DNA of 63,133 nt, counting the filler, from Octopus bimaculoides (Eukaryota), in NCBI RefSeq assembly GCF_001194135.2. It is 7 parts of 6 records of this genome, joined end to end, with 100 filler letters (N's around TTAATTAATTAA, not from the genome) between each part and the next. Parts side by side here need not be neighbours in the genome. Positions count along the whole stretch, not along the records: positions 51,261 to 58,705 come from NC_068985.1; positions 58,806 to 61,591 come from NC_069007.1; positions 61,692 to 63,133 come from NC_068981.1; 4 more parts are not named here. The stretch is one strand, 5' to 3'. The notes under the pieces are model-generated. The model had not been told where the DNA came from, made no database searches, and saw nothing but the letters and a program-made list of their open reading frames with translations. Positions 52,896 through 63,133 of the stretch are shown here, piece after piece (the first letter of the stretch is position 1; the number at the start of each line of letters is the position of its first letter). The position numbers were made by a program, and so were the translations under genes.

Positions 52896-53212
52896 ATAAA
52901 TTAAATACCAGTGAAACACTGGTGTTGATGTCATTGAATTGTCTTCTCCCTGCAAATTTCAGGTTTTGTGCCTATAATAGAAAGAATTATTATTATTATT
53001 ATTTCTTTTGAAGCTCAGTACTTATTCTATCAGTCTCTTTTACCAAACCACTAGGTTACAGAGACATAAGCACACCAACACTACAGCCTAATGACTAAAA
53101 TAAATAAAAGATAAAAAAAGACAAAAAAATCCAAAGAAACAAAAAAATCATTCTATGCAAAAAGCCACAATTCTGGTTAAGAAAATTTTTAAATCACAGA
53201 GGCAATGACTAA

Positions 53213-53385
53213 TACAGTTCTATATTTAAGAGATGAGGAATTATGTACATTATTTACAATTGATGGATATTTGTCCTCATATTGTTTGTTGTTAACACAA
53301 CATTTCGGCTGATATACCCTCCAACCTTTATGAGGTGTCTTGGGGATAATTCGAACCTAGGTTCTCATTCCTAAGGTATTTTTCG
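53213..53385 (-). mobile_element. Penelope-type terminal repeat fragment containing a degenerate hammerhead motif
   Basis: Its end (ttcgaacctaggttctcattcctaaggtatttttcg) recurs at ~34027-34066. A hammerhead-shaped segment lies at 53294-53339. Confidence 0.55.
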
Positions 53386-53634
53386 TTGTTGTTGTTGTTG
53401 TTGTTGTTAATAATAATAATAATTCTGCCAGCTTGCCACCATAATAATGATAATAATAAATTTATAATAGTTTTCATATTTGTAATGCTAATGGTAATAC
53501 TATTGACAGTGACCACAGTGATCATAGTGATTCTTATATATATAATAACAATTACAGTAACTATACTAATAATAACTGTCATATTTCTTCAATGGTGCTT
53601 GTGGAATTGGTATCTCTTTTTCTTTTTTTTTTAT

Positions 53635-54010
53635 ATTTTCAGTCATTTGACTGCGGCCATGCCGGTGCACCACCTTTAGTCGAGCAAATCGACTCCAGGA
53701 CTTATTCTTTGTAAGCCTAGTACTTATTCTATCGGTCTTTTTTGCCGAACCGCTAAGTTACGGGGACATAAACATACCACCATCGGTTGTCAAGCGATCT
53801 TGGGGGGGACAAACACACTCATATATATATATATATACATATATACGACAGGCTTCTTTCAGTTTCTGTCTATCAAATCCACTCACAAGGCTTTAATCGG
53901 CCTGAGGCTATAGTAGAAGACACTTGCCCAAGGTATCATGCAGTGGGACTGAACCCGGAACCATGTGGTTGGTAAGCAAGCTACTTACCACACAACCACT
54001 CCTGCGCCTA
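53635..54010 (-). mobile_element. SINE family B, near full length
   Basis: All family B segments are present and contiguous. Confidence 0.9.
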
Positions 54011-54235
54011 TATGCTTAACAACAATAGTAATTCTAGTGATGCTAACTATCTGCAACATAATAGCCTAATTACCTATACTTGTAATAACCCTATTATTCT
54101 GTCATTAAAACTATGTAATTGTAGGAATAAATTTTAGTGCCCTCTTAATAATAGGGATCTGGCTAAAAGTATTATTTACAAATGTATGATTTACAACCTG
54201 TATAGGTCCTACCTCCTTCCCCTTCAAACAGAGAT

Positions 54236-54430
54236 TGCATAACAACACTCACACCTTTAAAAGAGGGGATAAGGTTAAAACTACATCAATTGCTACAAAA
54301 ATTTGGGAGTTAAAGGATAATAAGGTTGTCTTCCATATTACCTGGAGTATTGTGAAACATGCTAAGCCTAACTTTAACAACTGATAATTGTGTAACCTCT
54401 GCTGCATGAAATGATTGAAAATTTTTAAAT
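54236..54430 (+). mobile_element. Penelope-like GIY-YIG C-terminal fragment
   Basis: TTSIATKIWELKDNKVVFHITWSIVKHAKP....LCNLC. Confidence 0.7.
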
Positions 54431-55015
54431 GTTCAAGTAAAATTATTAACAAATCAGATGAACTTAAGATGAAATGCCCCAATTCCATAAGGAACATCTT
54501 TTTGTATTTTAAATATGATCTCTAAATCAATTCTATTTCTTGTGTTCTTATTTAAAATCTTAAGCCCCAAATAGTTATATTTTGATAACTTGTCCTGTCT
54601 TCTATCCAATAGGTAAGATAACTTAATACTACTACTGCTGCCAGATTGAATAACTTGAATGCTCAAATCTAACATACATAGTATAGGATAACGGATACCA
54701 AAGCTTTTCTAGAATAGTTTTAACTTTGATTCAGGCACTGGATATCTTTCTTAACAACTGCACCATCCCTATTTTATCACTGCATGTACAACTCTCAGTT
54801 TCTGTGTATCAAATCCACTCACAAGGCTTTGGTCTGCATAGGCCTATAGTACACGGAGATAGTTGTCCGAGGTGTTGTTCTGTAAGATGGAACCAAAGAC
54901 CATATGGTGGGAAGAAAGATTCTTAAACCTGCAGCTATGTCTGGATACGTACATAAATACATAAAAATTTATATATACTTATTTTGTATATTATATAGAT
55001 AGGCAACTATGTTAT

Positions 55016-55054
<39 letters not shown>

Positions 55055-55200
55055 NNNNNNNNNNNNNNNNNNNNNNNNNNNNNNNNNNNNNNNNNNNNNN
55101 NNNNNNNNNNNNNNNNNNNNNNNNNNNNNNNNNNNNNNNNNNNNNNNNNNNNNNNNNNNNNNNNNNNNNNNNGTACATGCCATACGCACGTGCATGTTTA

Positions 55201-56133
55201 TATCAGGTTGAGTAAAGAGTAAGCAACGCTTTGAACTATGAAGAATTTGTCCCAGATTTTGCAGAGTTTGAAAATTTTTTCCAACAATTTTCCTGCAATT
55301 ATCTGATAATACAGACATAGACTTGCCCAAATGCACCACTAAATTAACATTGATATTTTTTTTTCACCATTGTTACAGTCATCTGAAATGGAACTGTCAA
55401 AGCACGATATTTGCGCAATTTTGCTATTCAACTTCAAGAAAGGACGTAAAACAGCTGAAACTACTTGCAATATCGATGAAATATTTGGTGAAGAAATGAC
55501 CAGTGAGTGGTCAGTTCGCAAATAGTTTCAACAATTTTGCAGTGGAGACCTGAGCCTTGAAGATAATGAGCATAGTGGATGCCCATCTGTCATTGATGAT
55601 GGTCAATTAAAGACTGTCATTAAGAAAGATCCATGTAAAACCATTTGAGAACTAGCAAAAGAATTCAAGTTAGCCAGAAAACTGCCTTCAACCATTTGCA
55701 TGTGATCAGAAAACCAAAAAAGCTTGACAAATGGGTACCACATGATTTGAATGAAAATCAGAAAATGCGCAGTTATGAAATTTGCTCATTGCTTCTTCTC
55801 CATAAACAGACCAATCGATTTCTACGAAGTTCTTCCCCACTCAGCTTACTCTCCAGACCTTTTTCCTGCCGACTACCACTTTTTCTAGCAACTTGATGGT
55901 TTCCTGTAAGAGGAGTTCAAAAATCAAACTGATGCTGAAAGTGTTTTCAAAGAGTTCATCAGCTCCAGAACTCCAGATTTTTATGTTACCAGAATAAACA
56001 AACTTGTAACTCATTGGTAAAAATGTGTTGATGTAATGGTACTTACTTCAATGAATAAAATTTATGCATTGTTGAAATATATGGTGAACAATATCATGTT
56101 TCAAAATATTGCTTCATTTTTACTCAGCCTGAT

Positions 56134-56134
<1 letters not shown>
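55201..56134 (+). pseudogene. Mariner transposon with both TIRs and TA duplication; transposase decayed and internally deleted
   Basis: Left TA-TCAGGTTGAGTAAAGAGTAAGCAA and right TTGCTTCATTTTTACTCAGCCTGA-TA. ATG at 55388 gives MELSKHDICAILLFNFKKG...WVPHDL, then jumps to EVLPHSAYSPDL..DYHFF...KCVD.NGTYFNE* at 56058. Confidence 0.9.
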
Positions 56135-56166
<32 letters not shown>

Positions 56167-57072
56167 GTTTAACGTCCGCTTTCCATGCTAGCATGGGTTG
56201 GACGATTTGACTGAGGACTGGTGAAACCGGATGGCAACACCAGGCTCCAGTCTGATTTGGCAGAGTTTCTACAGCTGGATGCCCTTCCTAACGCCAACCA
56301 CTCAGAGAGTATAGTGGGTGCTTTTACGTGTCACCCGCACGAAAACGGCCACGCTCGAAATGGTGTCTTTTATGTGCCNNNNNNNNNNNNNNNNNNNNNN
56401 NNNNNNNNNNNNNNNNNNNNNNNNNNNNNNNNNNNNNNNNNNNNNNNNNNNNNNNNNNNNNNNNNNNNNNNNNNNNNNNNNNNNNNNNNNNNNNNNNNNN
56501 NNNNNNNNNNNNNNNNNNNNNNNNNNNNNNNNNNNNNNNNNNNNNNNNNNNNNNNNNNNNNNNNNNNNNNNNNNNNNNNNNNNNNNNNNNNNNNNNNNNN
56601 NNNNNNNNNNNNNNNNNNNNNNNNNNNNNNNNNNNNNNNNNNNNNNNNNNNNNNNNNNNNNNNNNNNNNNNNNNNNNNNNNNNNNNNNNNNNNNNNNNNN
56701 NNNNNNNNNNNNNNNNNNNNNNNNNNNNNNNNNNNNNNNNNNNNNNNNNNNNNNNNNNNNNNNNNNNNNNNNNNNNNNNNNCTCACGCACAGCACATTTC
56801 CAAAGGTCTTGGTCAGTAGTCATCGCCTCGGTGAGGCCCAATGTACGAAGGTCTTGCCTCACCACCTCAGCCCAGGTCTTCCTGGGCCTACCTCTTCCAC
56901 GGGTTCCCTCAACTGTTAGGGTGTGGCACTTTTTCACGCAGCTATCCTCATCCATTCTCACCACATGTCCATACCAGCGCAATCGTCTCTCTTGCACGCC
57001 ACAACTGATGCTTCTAATGTTCAGCTTTTCTCTCAAGATACTTACACTCTGACGGGTATTCACATTGACATT
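56135..57072 (-). mobile_element. RTE-clade LINE 3' portion (gap inside)
   Basis: ERRLRWYGHVVRMDEDSCVKKCHTLTVEGTRGRGRPRKTWAEVVRQDLRTLGL. Its tail abuts the right end of the mariner. Confidence 0.9.
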
Positions 57073-59017
57073 ACACTACTTATAGAAATTTAATAGCCTC
57101 TGGAGGAATCTTGCCTACTGGTCGCTAATCTCAGCTGATTGAAGTATTCCAACTCACTACATTGCATACGTCAGATCCATCAATATGAATGTGTGTGAGC
57201 ATGTGTATGTGTGCACACATGCATGTATATATGTGTGTGAGTATGTGTGTGAGTGTGTGTGTGTACATATATGTATGTATGGTAATTTTATATGCATATA
57301 TTTTTTTCATTAGGCATCTATATTAAAGAATATCACACAACCACCTCCACACACACACACACATGTGCACATGAGAAATACATGCACATTACACATACTT
57401 GAATAGATATAACTATTTAAAAATGGCATGATATAGTGATACACTATGTATGTATGTATGTATATAATATAACAAACAAAGGTAAAAGTGATTCCTTCAA
57501 AGGGGTGTAAAACATTACATTCACTGGTTGAATACATGTATGTATGTGTGTGTATANNNNNNNNNNNNNNNNNNNNNNNNNNNNNNNNNNNNNNNNNNNN
57601 NNNNNNNNNNNNNNNNNNNNNNNNNNNNNNNNNNNNNNNNNNNNNNNNNNNNNNNNCATGTTCTCAGCACAAGAATCTATTACTAGCACATAAAAACATG
57701 TATTATTTCTATTAAATACTATTTATCTTTCACCAGATGAAATACTTTTTTTGTTGATCTTAACATCACGGAACAGTACACAATATATATTTATATTTTC
57801 ATATATATATCTCATTTGATTCGTTTTTTTTTTTAAGTTATGAGAAGGTAAGGTTGTTTAGTGGGGACACCTGTGTAGGTATGTCAAATGAAAATCACTA
57901 TCTTGTCTAAAATGATTGTTGTATTTTTATTTCTCGTTGCATTTTTTTCAATTTTTACGCCTATTACATAAACTTAAATAGTGAAAAATTACTTGCTGGA
58001 AAACAAACAACCATTTAATTCGATTAAATTTTGTATTATTTTATCATAGAAAAAAGAAAAATGTGAAAAATGATATCGATGTTAATCTAACATTCTGTAG
58101 TAAATTATCTTTAAAATATCGGCTTTGCTTAAAATAATTTTGACTAATGACATGGCTGGTAAAAGAAACCACGATGTCATATTTGCAGATTAAGTTGAAT
58201 TTAAGCTTATTTTGCAATTTCCATATAATATTTTAATTTTCACTACTTGAAAATGAAAGAAAAGACGTTTTCTATGCCCAAATGTATTCGAAATATGATT
58301 TTTCAACAATAAAATGTGCTCTATCAAAGTACGTTCAAATTTTCGGTAGACAAGAAATATTATTTCGTATTTATATTGCATTTAAGTACATTTTCCAATT
58401 CATTTAAAGGTTTACAAATGGATTTCCTTATGATTAATTTCAAAAGAGTGCTTGTATGTTCTACAGTGGGGTACCATCCGCTAAAAATGTAATTAATGGC
58501 CGTGGCTTAAACTTCATCTGAAGCCCAACCAATTCTTCCTCCAATATTCAGTGGCCCGGGAACAAAATTTGCTTAGGGGGTGCAAACTCAGTTTCAAAAT
58601 TTGGCACTACTGGAGAAGTGTGGATCCGAGTTCTGGGAGTGTGCATGTCACAAATTTGCGCATGCGCCCGTGTTAGTTGTAAGAAGTCAAATTTAGCACG
58701 CAGGTNNNNNNNNNNNNNNNNNNNNNNNNNNNNNNNNNNNNNNNNNNNNTTAATTAATTAANNNNNNNNNNNNNNNNNNNNNNNNNNNNNNNNNNNNNNN
58801 NNNNNATATATATATATATATATATAAGTTTATTCAAAAATCTTATATTGTATGAGGAACAAACGTCTCTAAACAATTTCACTCAAGGTTTGAATTAATA
58901 AACGTTTCCATTTCAAGTGCGTCATTAAATCTCTAAGACTGTGACAATTCTCCAATATATACGCCACATATACACACGCATGTCTATACACACATAACTT
59001 AGTGTGTGTATACATAC

Positions 59018-59054
<37 letters not shown>

Positions 59055-59184
59055 GTTTTATTGAGTAGGTAAATAGAAAACGACAAGCTTAACATTTCTG
59101 TAAGATAAATCGCGCTCAAAATTGTGCATTTCGCCTTCATACATAAGCATCGATTTTTGTCTTATTATTATTATTATTATTATT

Positions 59185-59220
<36 letters not shown>

Positions 59221-59376
59221 GCTATCGTTATTGTGTTGATTTTGTTGTTGTAGTTATTATTATTGTTGTTGCTGTTCTTATCGTTGTTGTGGTGGTAGTG
59301 GTGGGGATGTTATCATTATTATTATTATTATTATTATTATTAATTTTCATTGACGTTGTTGTTGCTGTTGTTGTTA

Positions 59377-59535
59377 AGGCGTAGTCGTTATTAGCATGCC
59401 GGACAAAATGCTTGATGGCATTTTTTTCCGTCTTTACGTTCTGAGTTCAAACTCCGCCGAGGTCGACTTCGCCTTTTATCCTTTCGGGGTCGACGGAATA
59501 AGTACCATTTGAACACCGAGGCCGATGTAACCGGT
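59377..59535 (+). mobile_element. tRNA-derived SINE, family A
   Basis: Forward copy, 3'-truncated. Confidence 0.75.
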
Positions 59536-60169
59536 TATTTTACTGAATTCTGTGTTATTTACACGTGGAGGCGCAATGGCCTAGTGGTTAGAGCAGTGGA
59601 CTCGTAGGCTCGCAGTTTCGATTCCCAACTTAATAACGACCAAATTATTTTTCAAATATTTTTCCTTATTTTGAAAACTAATTGAAACAAAAACGATGAA
59701 TCCCAACAAAAATATGGAAATAAAGGGGCTGAAATGATTTAAGCTTAAGTCTTCCATCAAAATCTCATGTTAAATTCGAAACATCATTTTAACAATGATG
59801 AAATTGTTTTACTAAATTTTGTATTTCAAAATTAATTGAAAGACATTTTGTATTTTTCGTCAGAAGTTTGATAATGAAAGGGATAAAATTATTTGTATTA
59901 AGACCTTCCATTAAAGTGTCCTGCTAATTTATGTTCCATACAGTCAATTTAATAATGGCAAAGTTATTTTTCTAAATTCTTTATTAATTTCACATTTAAT
60001 TGGAAGAAAGGCAGCACAGCTGTACAACAACAATTTGGCGAATGGTAACAACAATAATGTGACAGAAGCCGGCAGCAACTATAAAAATAAAACCTCCACC
60101 AGCAACTGAACTAGAGGTCGGCTAATTTTCACAACTTTACATAATACCTTGAAGCTGCATGTCTCAGTA

Positions 60170-60480
60170 GTTGGAGCGTCGGACTCACAATCGTGAGGTA
60201 GCGAGTTCGATTCCCGGACCGGGCTGTGTGTTGTGTTTTTGAGCAAGACACTTTATTTCACATTCCTCCAGGTCATTTTGCTGTAGAAATGGGTTACGAT
60301 GTCCCTGGTGCCAAGCTGTATCGGCCCCTTTGCCTTTCCCTTGGATAACATCAGTGGTGTGGAGAGGGGAGGCCGGTATGCATGGGTGGCTGTTGGTCTT
60401 CTATAAACAACCTTGCCCAGGACTTGTGCAGCGGAGAGGAACTTTCTTGGTGCAATCCCATTGTCAACATAACTGAAAAG
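60170..60480 (+). mobile_element. SINE related to family C (different 3' tail)
   Basis: tRNA-like head gcgagttcgattcccgg plus ttgagcaagacactttatttcac core. Confidence 0.75.
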
Positions 60481-61784
60481 GGTCTTTATCTTATATATAT
60501 AGTTAAGGTGCTAGAAAAAAAAAAAACAGATCTGATTCCAAGCAAATTGTTTCTTTTCCTCGTAATACAAAGAAACAACCAATGTAAGACCAGGTGCAAA
60601 TTTATCATCCTTCCAGCAGCCTTCGAGATCGGGTTCTGTTTGATGTTTGTAGACTTCATTAAAATTTCTTCCTCACAGGATCGAACCCACTATCTGCCCT
60701 GTCACCACTGCGAAATTTTAAGACGCCTACATTATGTTTTATGAGATTTCTTATATTGTGTCGCTGACAAGTATTTTTTCAGTTATACCTGCTTATTGTT
60801 CTTACACCTGTCTTCGTCTTTTGTTTTCTGTAAATTTTCTGAAAATTTGAACGAGATAGATAGATAGATAGATAGATAGACAGACACACACACACATATA
60901 TATATACAGAGGGAGAGAGAGAGAGAAATAAAGACAGACAGACTGACATATAAATAAATAGTCTGACCGACAGATAGGCAGATGTATATACAGAGAGAGA
61001 GAGACACAGTCAGGCAAACAGACAGTCTGACGGACAGGTAAATAAATACACAGACAAACAAACACAAAGAAAAAGAGAGATAGAAACAGACATGGATAAA
61101 CAATCAGGCGTCCATATTGATGAATACACAGATCGACAGCCCGACAGATCGACAGACAGAGGAGGGAGAGAAAGAGACTGCATAACGTAGTCTGATACAA
61201 AAGATGTCTAAAAACGATGAAATAATCGCACCTGAGGTTAAACACAAACATCAATTACAACAACAACTACAACAGCGACAACAACAATAAAAACAACAGA
61301 AAGAGTAATAAAACCAAACAAAAGACAATAACAACGATATAGGTTAAATATTTGTCAGAAAAGTACACAAAAAGCTTATTACTTGAATTCGAAGAATTGA
61401 GAAGACGAGAAATATGCCAATAAACTCATTTCGATAAATAAAACGAAGAAAAAATATATAAAATTCAATATGAGATAGATTAATTGGTGGGGGAACAGTT
61501 GTTTAAAGTCCAGCATAATTCAATTTATTAAACAGAGAATAGATTTATTTTTGATATGCATTTATGAATAAATAACCTCAAATTAATAATANNNNNNNNN
61601 NNNNNNNNNNNNNNNNNNNNNNNNNNNNNNNNNNNTTAATTAATTAANNNNNNNNNNNNNNNNNNNNNNNNNNNNNNNNNNNNNNNNNNNNGCGGATGTT
61701 TGTGCGTGTGTGTATACTCATGTTCTTATAGAAAAATATTGATTAGGTTAGATAGACAAAAGTATTGTTGTTGTTGTTGGCATT

Positions 61785-61945
61785 CCGTCGCTTACAACGT
61801 CGAGGGTTCCAGTTGAGCCGATCAACGGAGCAGCCTGCTCGTGAAATTAACGTGCAAGTGGCTGAGCACTCCACAGACACGTGTACCCTTAACGTAGTTC
61901 TCGAGGATATTCAGCGTGACACAGTGTGACAAGGCTGACCATATG
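61785..61945 (+). mobile_element. SINE family C 3' tail
   Basis: ggcattccgtcg..gtggctgagcactccacagacacgtgtacccttaacgtagttctc. The reverse form is at 39420-39645. Confidence 0.7.
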
Positions 61946-62034
61946 ATTCTACAAACACACTTGTACACTCACTCACACGCACACTCACACACAAACATAT
62001 AAACACACACACGCGCGTATATATATATATATAT

Positions 62035-62087
<53 letters not shown>

Positions 62088-63007
62088 GAAAAAGAGAAAG
62101 ATGAAGAGAGAGAGAGAGAAACACGTACAGACAGATTAATACCATAAATACACAGCTACAAAGATAAAAACATAAATGTATCAATTTATGTTTATCTTCT
62201 AAGTACTAGCCTTTAATTGATACGTATGATGTAATATCGATTAACATATGATTACTGCAAATTGACTGAATGAAAAGTTATATTGAGAATGTAGATCAGC
62301 ACAAAAGCTTAGAGTTAATCAGAGAAGCTTAAGTAGAAGCTTAAGTAGAATTATAAAACTGATGTAATCTCAATTCAAAATCATAGATCCTTCTTTATAA
62401 TCTACGATATATATTCGATTATTTATGAGTAACAGCGTTTACATTCGGGGATATGTGAAACAATTGACAAACTAATCTATTCGATTAAAGTCTCCTTTGG
62501 TCAATAAGTGAGACAGCAAAATTACTAAAGACTATAAAACGCTAATATACAATCAGCATTTTATTTTAATCCACGGAGAAAACAGATGAGAGCCAGTGGG
62601 TATATAGATCAATCAACACAACATAAGCAAGCAGCTTAGCTTCATAAACATTGCGAATGATTGTCAACCGGGTAGCTTTGGGTAGGTTCAGAAACAATTT
62701 CTTTTCTCAGAGCATCACGGATCCGTGATTATCATACTGATCACTTATATTAATGAAACGCATTTTTGTCTAATTATTCTAATTAGTCACAGATGATTAT
62801 TTATTGTTTAATTCATTACTGGTCCGTGTCCAATTTCTAACGAGAGAAATCTTTCTTAGTGATAAGACTACGCGTTTTTAACATTTACACATCGCTTAAA
62901 CGTTTGTCAGTCAGAATCAATCAGTAATCCTTTCGTTTTAGATAATGTTATTCAGACAACATTAACCTGTGTAACCTATGTGACGATTATTCCAGCCTCA
63001 CCACCTA

Positions 63008-63063
<56 letters not shown>

Positions 63064-63133
63064 CAACAACATGTGTGTGTATGTGTGGATATATATGTAT
63101 ACACATATACATATATATATATATATATATATA

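Noticed and set aside
62714-62729. Perfect 16-bp palindrome ATCACGGATCCGTGAT
   Set aside because: About one is expected by chance in 63 kb (4^-8 per position).

Overview
This is AT-rich, microsatellite-saturated, gapped animal genomic DNA. The SINE, RTE and R4 repeat repertoire suggests an octopus or other coleoid cephalopod (inference). There are no prokaryotic features, CRISPR arrays, rRNA genes or bona fide tRNA genes. Most ORFs in the supplied track are microsatellite or N-gap artefacts. Six 100-bp linkers (44 N + TTAATTAATTAA + 44 N) split the window into separately assembled pieces, so adjacency across them is unproven. Coding signal: (1) an intronless, 5'-truncated ORF at 51263-52168 made of tandem 273-bp (91-aa) repeats of the PABP C-terminal MLLE/PABC domain, with three complete domains plus the tail of a fourth; this is the most unusual feature; (2) a phase-consistent plus-strand spliced gene of unknown identity (exons 9635-9735, 11600-11671, 15339-15446, 18263-18389), with a candidate 18-nt microexon inside an intronic ~90-bp inverted repeat; (3) several weak first-exon or promoter candidates. 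The rest is mobile-element debris: tRNA-derived SINEs, RTE and R4/Dong-type LINE ends, Penelope-like RT/GIY-YIG fragments with a degenerate hammerhead motif, two mariner relics and a Helentron-associated fragment, plus minisatellites and a ~152-bp satellite.
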